This document shows, piece after piece, positions 1-7,790 of a stretch of DNA of 59,377 bases; position 1 is the stretch's first letter, and each line of letters starts with the position of its first letter. A program made the position numbers and the translations under genes. Source of the DNA: a virus (taxonomy: Duplodnaviria > Caudoviricetes); the IMG/VR virus record IMGVR_UViG_3300005805_000096, positions 1 through 59,377 of that record. One strand, written 5' to 3'. The notes under the pieces were generated by a model, which was not told the DNA's origin, did not search any database, and saw only the letters and a list, made by a program, of their open reading frames with translations.

Positions 1-840
1 TGGTCCTTGAGGACCTTGTTCACCCTGAGGGCCTTGTTCGCCCTGAGGTCCACTTACACCCTGAGGTCCTTGTGGTCCTTGTGGGCCGCTTACTGTACTT
101 GCAGCCCCTTGTGGACCCTGTTGACCCTGTGGTCCTTGCGGTCCTTGTGGCCCACTTACTGTACTAGCTGCACCTTGTGGTCCCTGTTGACCTTGTGGTC
201 CTTGAGGTCCTTGTGGCCCACTTACTGTACTAGCTGCACCCTGTGGTCCCTGTTGACCCTGTGGTCCTTGAGGCCCTTTGACTTGACCAACATTAACGAA
301 ACCATAGGCTGGACCTGTACCTGTATAAACATACAAACTTCCAGTATCATCAACTATCCAACCTTCACCAATTACTGGACTAGGAATAAATTGAAGATCG
401 CTTTCAGTTGCTACACTACCGGCAATAGTAACGCTAGATCCAGCTGGACCTGTTGGACCTTGGGGTCCAGTTGCGCCGTCTGTGCCTGCAGGACCAGATG
501 GACCACGAACTGTACCCACATCTTCAAATCCATTATAGCTGCCTGGTGCTGTAGAGTCAGTAAATACCCAAAGATTACCATCATCACTGGTAATAAAACC
601 TTGGCCAATTGATACATTTACATTTGATAGGCTAGTGTAGGTTGGTACGCTACCTTGAATTTGCACTGAAGAGCCAGGTTGTCCTTGAGGACCTTGTGGT
701 CCTTGGGCGCCCAGCGCACCGCTGTCAATTATATTACCAACATACGCAAAGTTATTGTTAACTTTGATAAAACTGTCGCGTAAGGAATCGCCAGTATTAT
801 CATTTGGCTCTTCGCCTACATTAATAATTTCTATAGTCAT
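1..840 (-). CDS. Collagen-repeat virion/tail-fibre protein with gp9/gp10-like N-terminus (3' end runs off window)
   Basis: Not in the ORF track because it has no stop in the window. ATG at 840 reads [31 protein letters not shown] (T4 gp9/gp10-type N-terminal motif) and continues into GPQGPQG repeats. TAAATA motif upstream at 863-868. Confidence 0.85.
   Translation of the reverse strand, partial: MTIEIINVGEEPNDNTGDSLRDSFIKVNNNFAYVGNIIDSGALGAQGPQGPQGQPGSSVQIQGSVPTYTSLSNVNVSIGQGFITSDDGNLWVFTDSTAPGSYNGFEDVGTVRGPSGPAGTDGATGPQGPTGPAGSSVTIAGSVATESDLQFIPSPVIGEGWIVDDTGSLYVYTGTGPAYGFVNVGQVKGPQGPQGQQGPQGAASTVSGPQGPQGPQGQQGPQGAASTVSGPQGPQGPQGQQGPQGAASTVSGPQGPQGPQGVSGPQGEQGPQGEQGPQGP
89..286. repeat. Coding tandem repeat, 66-nt unit, about 3 copies ([22 protein letters not shown])
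   Basis: cttactgtac recurs at 89, 155 and 221. Confidence 0.85.
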
Positions 841-902
841 TTTGCATAAAATCCATTTATGTTATTTATTATTTTTTATAGATTGGAGTTTATGCGCAGA
901 AT

Positions 903-1469
903 TTATTTACCTGAGTAAATCCTCACATTAACCTTATCCCAATTGATTATTCGCCATATGTTATTGAGATATTTTGCTTTGTCTGACCCGTAATCCTTAG
1001 CCCAAGCATGTTCCCACCAATCTATTAATAACGCAATATCTGATCTTTTTTGATGGTTTTTAATGGTTTTAATGTCGCCGCTACGGCTCATATATACCCA
1101 GCCAGAACCTTGTATTTTCATTGCTTCTTCTTTAACTTTTTCCTTAAAATTCTTAAAATTCTTGTACTTTCTGTCAATTAAACTGAGGCTAGCGCCGTGT
1201 GGTACATTATTGTTACGAGGGTTGCGTAACTGCGGAAAAAAGATATTGTGCAGGAATGCTCCTGCTTCATTAAAAGTGGGGTCACCCTCACCTTTATTGT
1301 AGCGGTCAACATAGCCTTTGGCTAATTGCCCATAATGATAGTCCAGTGTGGCTTTACTCATCACTGGACTGAGCCCGTTACGGCTATAAGGTAGGACCTC
1401 TAAAACCAGCTTGTTTTTGCTGGCTGCTTCTACTAAATTAATTAATTTACGTACATGTTCAACGCTCAT
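903..1469 (-). CDS. sod: Fe/Mn superoxide dismutase
   Basis: LPYS..L.P.MS..TL.YHY, LHNIFF, QGSGW and DWWEHAW..DY (canonical DxWEHAY), INW..V; metal ligands His/His/Asp/His present. Confidence 0.9.
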   Translation of the reverse strand: MSVEHVRKLINLVEAASKNKLVLEVLPYSRNGLSPVMSKATLDYHYGQLAKGYVDRYNKGEGDPTFNEAGAFLHNIFFPQLRNPRNNNVPHGASLSLIDRKYKNFKNFKEKVKEEAMKIQGSGWVYMSRSGDIKTIKNHQKRSDIALLIDWWEHAWAKDYGSDKAKYLNNIWRIINWDKVNVRIYSGK

Positions 1470-1474
1470 GTACG

Positions 1475-1480
1475 TATTTA
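1475..1480 (-). promoter_or_regulatory. T4-like late promoter core (TAAATA), 5 nt before the sod ATG
   Basis: Minus strand reads TAAATA CGTAC ATG; overlaps a 10-bp inverted repeat. Confidence 0.6.
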
Positions 1481-1485
1481 GTCAA

Positions 1486-1704
1486 TCAGTTTCGGTAAGT
1501 GATTCTGCCCTTGCTGAGATCGTAGGCGCTGACTTCCATAGTGACTACATCACCAGGAATAATTTTGATATCATGCTGACGTAATTTTCCACCCACATAG
1601 GCTATTAGGGTGTGATCCGTATTTTCTAACTTAACTTTAAAACGAGCGTTACCCAAAGCTTCTGTAACAGTCCCCGTCATCTTCATTGCTTCTTCTTTGG
1701 CCAC
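1486..1704 (-). CDS. infA: Translation initiation factor IF-1
   Basis: 72 aa: MAKEEA...G.V.E.L.NA.F.V.LEN...GK.R...[21 protein letters not shown] start with AGGAG SD; TAAATA at 1729-1734. Confidence 0.95.
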   Translation of the reverse strand: MAKEEAMKMTGTVTEALGNARFKVKLENTDHTLIAYVGGKLRQHDIKIIPGDVVTMEVSAYDLSKGRITYRN

Positions 1705-1731
1705 TGTTTCTCCTATTTTTAAGTAAACTAT

Positions 1732-1962
1732 TTACCTAAATTTAAACTCTACTGCGCTTAGTTTTACTAAAAAGAACTCTTCCATATTCACCGGTGTTGT
1801 TTGGCTATCGCTGAGCCTGTTTTTCGCCCAAACAATTTCGTGTTCTTTTTCGTGCCATACTCTATGTGCCCTTTGCCAAAGATCACGTTGTCCTCGGGAC
1901 CAATCTTTGCCATGATAAAAGTACTTTGTTCCCTCAGGATATTTTATTTCAAAATAAAACAT
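1732..1962 (-). CDS. Hypothetical protein
   Basis: 76-aa ORF; its start overlaps the upstream stop (TGATG). Confidence 0.7.
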   Translation of the reverse strand: MFYFEIKYPEGTKYFYHGKDWSRGQRDLWQRAHRVWHEKEHEIVWAKNRLSDSQTTPVNMEEFFLVKLSAVEFKFR

Positions 1963-2351
1963 CAGCGGCGCATTTTAGCAATGTCTTTGGCTTCTTCTGA
2001 ACTGAATATAGGTACAGCATTACTTTTATGCAGCGTACCTATGCCCAAAATGTTGCCTCCCGAATAAACCTTATCAGCTGGTCGAGCACAAGCATCACCG
2101 CTAAACGCAAGACTGGGAATTCGTGGCTGGTCTGCACCACGATAGTTACGATAATCTGGAATACGTGCAGAACTATACTCTGGCTTCTTACTACGTTTAG
2201 GAGTGGGTTTTACACCGTGCTCCTGCAACAAAGCTTGCCAACTTTCATCGAGATCACGTGCCTTACGTGCACCATCGGCAGTGCGATATTTGCGTTTTGA
2301 CTTGCGTTTACCGGTAGTGCTGAGGTATGGCGGAACCAAATGCATACTCAT
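1962..2351 (-). CDS. Basic hypothetical protein of a type common in T4-like phages
   Basis: C-terminal GIGTLHKSNAVPIFS.EEAKDIAKMRR motif; consensus promoter and AGGA SD upstream. Confidence 0.8.
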   Translation of the reverse strand: MSMHLVPPYLSTTGKRKSKRKYRTADGARKARDLDESWQALLQEHGVKPTPKRSKKPEYSSARIPDYRNYRGADQPRIPSLAFSGDACARPADKVYSGGNILGIGTLHKSNAVPIFSSEEAKDIAKMRR

Positions 2352-2381
2352 AGTTAATCCTATGCGATATTGTAAATCAAT

Positions 2382-2410
2382 ATTATACAGAATTTGATAT
2401 TATTTGTCAA
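2382..2410 (-). promoter_or_regulatory. Sigma70-type early promoter
   Basis: Perfect TTGACA (2410-2405), 17-nt spacer, TATAAT (2387-2382). Confidence 0.85.
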
Positions 2411-2720
2411 CTTCTATCATTTTGGTTGGTTTCCACAACGGAGCAAATAGTGCTGTACCGTTTGGCAAAACAAAGATATTGTTTGGAAATCTTGTCTTAA
2501 CATCCGCTATGATTTCATTATCTGTTGCACCTTGGGCGATAAATCTATCAGTCTCACTTTCAAACCAATATGTAATACCATTATGAACTTCTACACTTAC
2601 TGGCAATAGCTTTTCCTTAATGGTAGACTCTATTTGTTGTTGAATTTTTTGGTGTTCACTGTATTGCTGCCAAAAGATCCAAATTAATGCAAAAAACGCT
2701 AGGATAAGTATTTCAATCAT
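2400..2720 (-). CDS. Hypothetical protein with N-terminal membrane anchor
   Basis: MIEILILAFFALIWIFW hydrophobic helix followed by a soluble domain. Confidence 0.75.
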   Translation of the reverse strand: MIEILILAFFALIWIFWQQYSEHQKIQQQIESTIKEKLLPVSVEVHNGITYWFESETDRFIAQGATDNEIIADVKTRFPNNIFVLPNGTALFAPLWKPTKMIEVDK

Positions 2721-2724
2721 ATTA

Positions 2725-3555
2725 TTAGGTCCAAAGACTCCTACGAACTTTAATCAAACGAATCAGCATTTCATCTTCTTCTTTTTCGTAAGCAGCTTCA
2801 ATCTTACGCAAAAGTTTTAGAGCTTTTTGTTCTTCCTTTTTCAATTCAGGATCTTTGGTATCAGACAAAAATCCCACGCCAGACTCGCGCTTTTTCTCGC
2901 ATGCCGCAGTCCATCCACTGGCATCCATAGCATCTGGACGATTTGAATATACTTCTTTCCACCAAGTATAAAGTTCAAAGATTTCTTTGGCTGCTAAAGC
3001 TTGATGTGTAGGTTCACCATAGCCTTTGTCACCAGGTGACATTCCCCAGCTTTCATCAGCTTTGAGACTCATAGCCCATTTTAGATATTCAATTCCAGCT
3101 TCTGGACAACGCCAAGTACGCCAACGAAACCAACCTATACCCCACCATGGAGTTTTGTACTTTTTACGAGCTTCCTTATCCCACATTACATGGTGCCAGG
3201 CCTGTTCAATTTCCACAAAATCCACAAGTTCATTAAAAAGACAGGGAAGAAAACGATATCCCACATCACACCATTGACCACGAGTAATATCCCTTGTGTG
3301 GGCAGTAAGAGCATGTGTGCGAGTGACCCAACGATTGTTAATATAATATTTGACCGCATATAATTTGTCTGGAATATAATTAATTATGTTCTGAATTTTG
3401 TCCAACCCCTCTTCAGCCAACCAATAACGCAGCGGATGAGCAGCTTTGGATGTTTTGTTCCAATCCTCCCATTCGTCACCCGTACCTGCTACTAGCTTAT
3501 TGGTACCTCTGAGCCAATCAGCAAATTTACTGCATGACCAATAATTTGATCTCAT
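2725..3555 (-). CDS. Trp-rich hypothetical phage protein
   Basis: 276-aa ORF; TAATG coupling to the upstream gene. Confidence 0.8.
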   Translation of the reverse strand: MRSNYWSCSKFADWLRGTNKLVAGTGDEWEDWNKTSKAAHPLRYWLAEEGLDKIQNIINYIPDKLYAVKYYINNRWVTRTHALTAHTRDITRGQWCDVGYRFLPCLFNELVDFVEIEQAWHHVMWDKEARKKYKTPWWGIGWFRWRTWRCPEAGIEYLKWAMSLKADESWGMSPGDKGYGEPTHQALAAKEIFELYTWWKEVYSNRPDAMDASGWTAACEKKRESGVGFLSDTKDPELKKEEQKALKLLRKIEAAYEKEEDEMLIRLIKVRRSLWT

Positions 3556-4229
3556 TAATCTTCCTTAATTCCAAATAGTTGAAGTAGATTTACAAATATA
3601 TTAACAAAATTTAGATATAATGTCAAGGCTCCCATAATTTCTGGTACGCCGTTGTTTTCCACTGAGACTTCCTGTCTAATACGCTGTGTATCATAAGCTG
3701 TGAGACCAGCAAATACCAAAATTGCAATTGCACTAATCACTGTTGCTGCTAAACTATTACCAATAAAGACATTTACAATACTGGCAATTACAATAGCAAT
3801 CAATCCTACAAATAAAAATTGACCAAAACTTTGCAAATCACGTTTGGTTAGATATCCGTATAGGCTCATAACTCCAAATAGAATTACCGCACCCATAAAT
3901 GCTGATACTATACTGCCTAAGGTAAAGACTGCAAATATTGCACCCATACTCAATCCCATTATGGCAGCAAAGGCATGCAGCAACATCATAGCCATACCTT
4001 TATCCTGCGCACTGGCCATAGCCAGTGGAATTATGAATATAAAGGCCAGTGGAGCAAATATAGTGATCCACTTCATAATTCCAGTAAAGAAAAATGTGAG
4101 TAATACTGGGCTGTTACTAACCACTCCCGCTACAACCAAACTTGTTAATACGGCCAACATCATTTGAAAGTAGACGCGGTTCATTGCATCAATTACACCA
4201 TCTGCGCTTCTATATACTGTTGTATTCAT
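3555..4229 (-). CDS. Bax inhibitor-1 / YccA family membrane protein
   Basis: About 7 hydrophobic helices; YGY.TKRDL, GL.AYDTQ.I and GAL.LYL.F.N.F..LL motifs. Likely start is the ATG at 4229. Confidence 0.9.
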   Translation of the reverse strand: MNTTVYRSADGVIDAMNRVYFQMMLAVLTSLVVAGVVSNSPVLLTFFFTGIMKWITIFAPLAFIFIIPLAMASAQDKGMAMMLLHAFAAIMGLSMGAIFAVFTLGSIVSAFMGAVILFGVMSLYGYLTKRDLQSFGQFLFVGLIAIVIASIVNVFIGNSLAATVISAIAILVFAGLTAYDTQRIRQEVSVENNGVPEIMGALTLYLNFVNIFVNLLQLFGIKED

Positions 4230-4240
4230 AGTTTTCTTCT

Positions 4241-4780
4241 TTATAACCAGTTGGGTTTTAAAACCCATCCTAAATTTTGAATATCATTACAAACTTCGTT
4301 AGTTACTTCACCTTCACCCACAGACACCCTTTGGTATGCATCCTTGATTAGTTCTTCATCGGAACCTTTAATTCCGCTGCAATACCAATCTATATAATCA
4401 CCCTCTCCGCGCATATCTGCAATGATGCCGCCAGCACTGCGCCAACTGCAACTCCAAGTATTTTTCTTTAAAATCTCAAAACCGTCAGCTACAATAAATT
4501 CATTATTACATAATGCTGCATATAAATTTTGAGCATAAATTTGACTAGCCCTAACTTTGGCAACCAATTCTTCTGAGGTAATTAAATCCCATTCTAAATT
4601 ATTATGTTGCCATTGCGGATCTTTTAAATTTTCCTGCCTTTGAACTATTATTTTTTGATAGAACTCAAGTTGAGCTGCGACCTCACTGTCGTTTTCAGGA
4701 GTTTTACCCTCTTCTGCTCTGCGTTTCAAATAACTGTCTTTTTGAAACGTAAAACGTTCTAAACTGGTAGATGGTTTCAT
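4241..4780 (-). CDS. Conserved hypothetical phage protein
   Basis: YAQNLYAALCNN.F and WSCSWRSAGGIIADM...GDYIDWYCSG motifs. Likely start ATG 4780. Confidence 0.8.
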   Translation of the reverse strand: MKPSTSLERFTFQKDSYLKRRAEEGKTPENDSEVAAQLEFYQKIIVQRQENLKDPQWQHNNLEWDLITSEELVAKVRASQIYAQNLYAALCNNEFIVADGFEILKKNTWSCSWRSAGGIIADMRGEGDYIDWYCSGIKGSDEELIKDAYQRVSVGEGEVTNEVCNDIQNLGWVLKPNWL

Positions 4781-4788
4781 AATATTAT

Positions 4789-5025
4789 TTACATTTCTCG
4801 TTGATGCCAAGTTAAAACAAAAGTCGTAACAGCTTGGTCAGAGTTTAAGGTCCATTCATTCCATGCGGTTCTCCTGCCAAATTTATTGGTATGAACCCAA
4901 TTTGTAATCATTTCTATATCTTCTTCTGGCATCTGCATGAGATCTAACCAAGAATTTGCATAGCTATTACGATCAATGTCAACTATTAAACAGCGTTTAG
5001 ATTTATGGATGACTTGATATTTCAT
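4789..5025 (-). CDS. Small LRW-array protein (…TFVLTW)
   Basis: ATGA overlap with the upstream gene; C-terminal motif variant. Confidence 0.75.
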   Translation of the reverse strand: MKYQVIHKSKRCLIVDIDRNSYANSWLDLMQMPEEDIEMITNWVHTNKFGRRTAWNEWTLNSDQAVTTFVLTWHQREM

Positions 5026-5264
5026 AGGTATTTTAACCTAAATACCGTTTCCAATTCATCGTCGTAGAAATCCAGCATACATTTTGTTACCCAACCACTG
5101 CCATAATCGCCATCATCTACATAGGTTTGATGATGCCGCAGGGTAAACCCTAAGGTTCTTTTTAACTTCCAGGATATTAATAAAATATTTGGGCCATATT
5201 CCTCCTGTATTTTTGATTTGATATTTTGCCATTCTTCTTGACTTAGTTCTATGGTATTGGCCAT
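5022..5264 (-). CDS. Small LRW-array protein (…VFRLKYL)
   Basis: Tightly packed ORF with the array motif. Confidence 0.75.
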   Translation of the reverse strand: MANTIELSQEEWQNIKSKIQEEYGPNILLISWKLKRTLGFTLRHHQTYVDDGDYGSGWVTKCMLDFYDDELETVFRLKYL

Positions 5265-5265
5265 A

Positions 5266-5469
5266 TTATTTCATCCATTTCAAAATAAACATGCTGGCAT
5301 CTTCTGGGTATTCAAAGTAAAATTTATTACGTATAAAATTCCAACTTGGAATATAAAATCTTCCTACGCCATCATATCGCTGTAACCAAGTATAGACTTC
5401 GTAGGAATGACCTTCAAGGGTAACACAATGCCAATGTGGAGTTACGGATTTATTATAATATCGTTTCAT
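5266..5469 (-). CDS. Small LRW-array protein (…DASMFILKW)
   Basis: ATGA overlap; F.yPEDA..F.LKW motif. Confidence 0.8.
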   Translation of the reverse strand: MKRYYNKSVTPHWHCVTLEGHSYEVYTWLQRYDGVGRFYIPSWNFIRNKFYFEYPEDASMFILKWMK

Positions 5470-5789
5470 GAAAACTTTAAGATCATTAGTGTATAGAGTT
5501 CATCGCTAATATCATAAATATCACCAAAGATGTTTACTTCACTTGTGTGGCTCCATTGATGACTATCTTGTGTGCGCACCCATTTGCTGACATTAGATCC
5601 GCACCGCACAGTGTACCAAGGTTTGCCATCAACCTGTCCTTGATCTATCATTTTAAAATTATCGCGGGTTTGTTCCAACCAGGATTCTAATGCACTACTT
5701 TTACCTGAACCGCGAGGTGCCCACATAGTTACAAGTTGGTCTTTCTTAACGCCGTGTAAAATATCCTGCCAAGATTTCATATTTGACAT
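5466..5789 (-). CDS. Small LRW-array protein (…LMILKFS) with N-terminal P-loop-like APRGSGKS
   Basis: TAA-ATG abutting junction; C-terminal motif variant. Confidence 0.75.
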   Translation of the reverse strand: MSNMKSWQDILHGVKKDQLVTMWAPRGSGKSSALESWLEQTRDNFKMIDQGQVDGKPWYTVRCGSNVSKWVRTQDSHQWSHTSEVNIFGDIYDISDELYTLMILKFS

Positions 5790-6050
5790 TTATATTTCTG
5801 TTCTATACATGGTATTGACTAAATGTAAATCATCACCATATTTTAATCTTAAAACCGTTTCTTTTTCCATGCTGTTGCAATAAATTCTTGCTATGATATC
5901 TTTTGGAATCATCACTTTGTTTGTAGCAAAAGATGTAGTAACATCTATGGTTTCGTAATCAACTTCTACCTGGTAACCACAGTTTTGTAACCACTCTACG
6001 TCTTCAAATGTTAGCTTTTTAGATAAGATAAACACAGATTCAAAGCTCAT
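5790..6050 (-). CDS. Small LRW-array protein (…ETVLRLKYG…)
   Basis: ATG 6050 in an ATGA overlap, preceded by GAGGTGG SD. Confidence 0.75.
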   Translation of the reverse strand: MSFESVFILSKKLTFEDVEWLQNCGYQVEVDYETIDVTTSFATNKVMIPKDIIARIYCNSMEKETVLRLKYGDDLHLVNTMYRTEI

Positions 6051-6325
6051 GACCACCTCAATAAAAGCATGGTGACATCCATTTGATTAGAGAAATAATA
6101 ACGGTTTAATCCAGGATAATAGTCAATCTTATTCTCCTCCAACCAAAGTTCAATTTTTTTCAAACGCTCAATACGCTCTGAGAATTTGCCACCCTGCACA
6201 CTGACCCAATATGGATAATTTTGAAGGATTTTTTTAGAATTATCAAGTTCTCCCGATAAAAACTCTAAGTTAGGTGGCTGTGGTGGCGGCCTATTTAAGG
6301 TCCAGTTAGAAATCTTGTTTTTCAT
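6047..6325 (-). CDS. Small LRW-array protein (…MLLLRWS)
   Basis: ATG 6325 in an ATGA overlap, preceded by GAGGTGG. Confidence 0.8.
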   Translation of the reverse strand: MKNKISNWTLNRPPPQPPNLEFLSGELDNSKKILQNYPYWVSVQGGKFSERIERLKKIELWLEENKIDYYPGLNRYYFSNQMDVTMLLLRWS

Positions 6326-6540
6326 GCCCACCTCAATAAAAATATCGTAAGTTGCTGTTGATCTTTGAAATACCAAGTGGTACTCTTATCGTCACTGGTG
6401 GCTGCTGCTATATCAATACCTAGCTTGTACCAGGTCTCTATATGCGGCCCAATATTTTCTTCACACCAATCTTCAGCATCCCACCATGCAATTTCACCCA
6501 CTGTAACTTGATGCTTTAGATGTGAAATATCTGTACTCAC
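6322..6540 (-). CDS. Small LRW-array protein (…IFLLRWA)
   Basis: GTG 6540 in a GTGA overlap, preceded by GAGGTGG. Confidence 0.8.
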   Translation of the reverse strand: MSTDISHLKHQVTVGEIAWWDAEDWCEENIGPHIETWYKLGIDIAAATSDDKSTTWYFKDQQQLTIFLLRWA

Positions 6541-6767
6541 GACCACCTCAGTAGAAACAAGGCAGCATGTTCTTGTTTGGCAAAGAATAACTCTCCCCAA
6601 TCTACACTGCCCCGATAATCACAGGGTTTATAGGTATTAGTTACCCAAGTTTTCATTTCAGTAAATTTAGGATCATAAGGGATATAAAAGGTACATGCAT
6701 ATGAATATTCCTGTTCATAACTTCGTGAGTCCTTACCTGTTTTTCTATCGTAATAATGTATGAACAT
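6537..6767 (-). CDS. Small LRW-array protein (…LFLLRWS)
   Basis: ATG 6767 in a TAATG overlap, preceded by GAGATGG. Confidence 0.8.
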   Translation of the reverse strand: MFIHYYDRKTGKDSRSYEQEYSYACTFYIPYDPKFTEMKTWVTNTYKPCDYRGSVDWGELFFAKQEHAALFLLRWS

Positions 6768-6991
6768 TATGACCATCTCAATACAAACAATACAGCATCT
6801 TCTTCACTGAGATAGAATACTCCCGTTAAATCGCTGGTATGCACTTCCACATCGAGATCAAAACTAGATTTCATAAGATGTTTGAACTTATTTGATGTCA
6901 AACGTTGCCCTAGATCAGGATACAGGTGTCGTCTAGCTTTAACCAATTCTGTCATAAATCTTGGATAATTCACTATATGTATAGCAATCAA
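6767..6991 (-). CDS. Small LRW-array protein (…DAVLFVLRWS)
   Basis: TTG 6991 in a TTGA overlap, preceded by GAGGTGG. Confidence 0.75.
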   Translation of the reverse strand: MIAIHIVNYPRFMTELVKARRHLYPDLGQRLTSNKFKHLMKSSFDLDVEVHTSDLTGVFYLSEEDAVLFVLRWS

Positions 6992-7257
6992 GACCACCTC
7001 AGGATCATCAATACTGCATCTTCACGGTGCCGAAACAAAAAGGTCATGCTATCGGCACTGGGGTTTGTAACATAACGATCACCAGGCAAGCCAAATTGTT
7101 CTAGAGCCCAGGCACAAGCTTCATTCCAGGAAGTTTTCCAGGATATCCTTACCTCTATCCAATCTACTCGATATTTTTCCATAATATCCCATTCCATAGC
7201 ATCTATTTCTCTTTGATGTTGTATGGTCTCATTCAATGCTTGGGTTTTTATAAACAT
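6988..7257 (-). CDS. Small LRW-array protein (…DAVLMILRWS)
   Basis: AGGAG SD; WC/A.E.FG…F.F…DA…LRW pattern. Confidence 0.8.
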   Translation of the reverse strand: MFIKTQALNETIQHQREIDAMEWDIMEKYRVDWIEVRISWKTSWNEACAWALEQFGLPGDRYVTNPSADSMTFLFRHREDAVLMILRWS

Positions 7258-7272
7258 CTTTATCTCCTGGGT

Positions 7273-7467
7273 TTATAACCATCTCAACAGGAATAAGGAT
7301 CTTGCTTCCGGAGTTTTACAAAATATCATTCCGTCACTATGAACAGTGTAAAGATCAGATTGTTGTTGTGCCCAATCTAGAATATGATGTAATTCAAAAT
7401 TTAATATCCTAAACCAACCCATGTCGTAGGTCGCTTCAAGGAATTTAGGGTGAACAATTATGTCCAT
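7273..7467 (-). CDS. Small LRW-array protein (…SLFLLRWL)
   Basis: Likely ATG 7467, lying inside the KW codons of the upstream gene. Confidence 0.75.
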   Translation of the reverse strand: MDIIVHPKFLEATYDMGWFRILNFELHHILDWAQQQSDLYTVHSDGMIFCKTPEARSLFLLRWL

Positions 7468-7670
7468 TTCAACACCCAAAGTAGATAATATTCTTCATCT
7501 TTGAATACTAATATATCATTGTTCGATAAACTGGCCTTAAACTGATGCAGAGATCGTTGTATGATTCTATCAGGTACAGCATCATTAGATCCATTTTGTA
7601 GATGTGTGATCATATTCTGCCATGGTTTTGGACAGTTATCAAATTGCTGAGGTAGTTTTATCATCACCAT
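7458..7670 (-). CDS. First small LRW-array protein (…LWVLKWT)
   Basis: ATG 7670 lies directly below a sigma70-like promoter; F..EE…W.LKW motif. Confidence 0.75.
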   Translation of the reverse strand: MVMIKLPQQFDNCPKPWQNMITHLQNGSNDAVPDRIIQRSLHQFKASLSNNDILVFKDEEYYLLWVLKWT

Positions 7671-7675
7671 TCTAT

Positions 7676-7705
7676 ATTGTAGCGGTAAACGGGATTTTTT
7701 GTCAA
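7676..7705 (-). promoter_or_regulatory. Sigma70-type early promoter for the small-ORF array
   Basis: TTGACA (7705-7700), 18-nt spacer, TACAAT (7681-7676). Confidence 0.7.
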
Positions 7706-7790
7706 CGTTGAAATCAAATTGAACAGAAAATTTGGTAAACCAACTGCTCAAAACTCTTAAATATGATATTATGGCACACAAGGGAACATC

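Noticed and set aside
1-290. Regular repeats resembling a CRISPR array (also 52160-52440)
   Set aside because: Repeats are in-frame Gly-Pro-Gln codons with no unique spacers, and no cas genes are present.
7-612. 201-aa plus-strand ORF with LWSL repeats (and 411-617 minus)
   Set aside because: Shadow frames of the minus-strand collagen-repeat gene that starts at 840.
4789-7670. Integron or diversity-generating retroelement explanation for the array
   Set aside because: No integrase, attC-like palindromes, reverse transcriptase or template/variable repeat pair is visible in the window.
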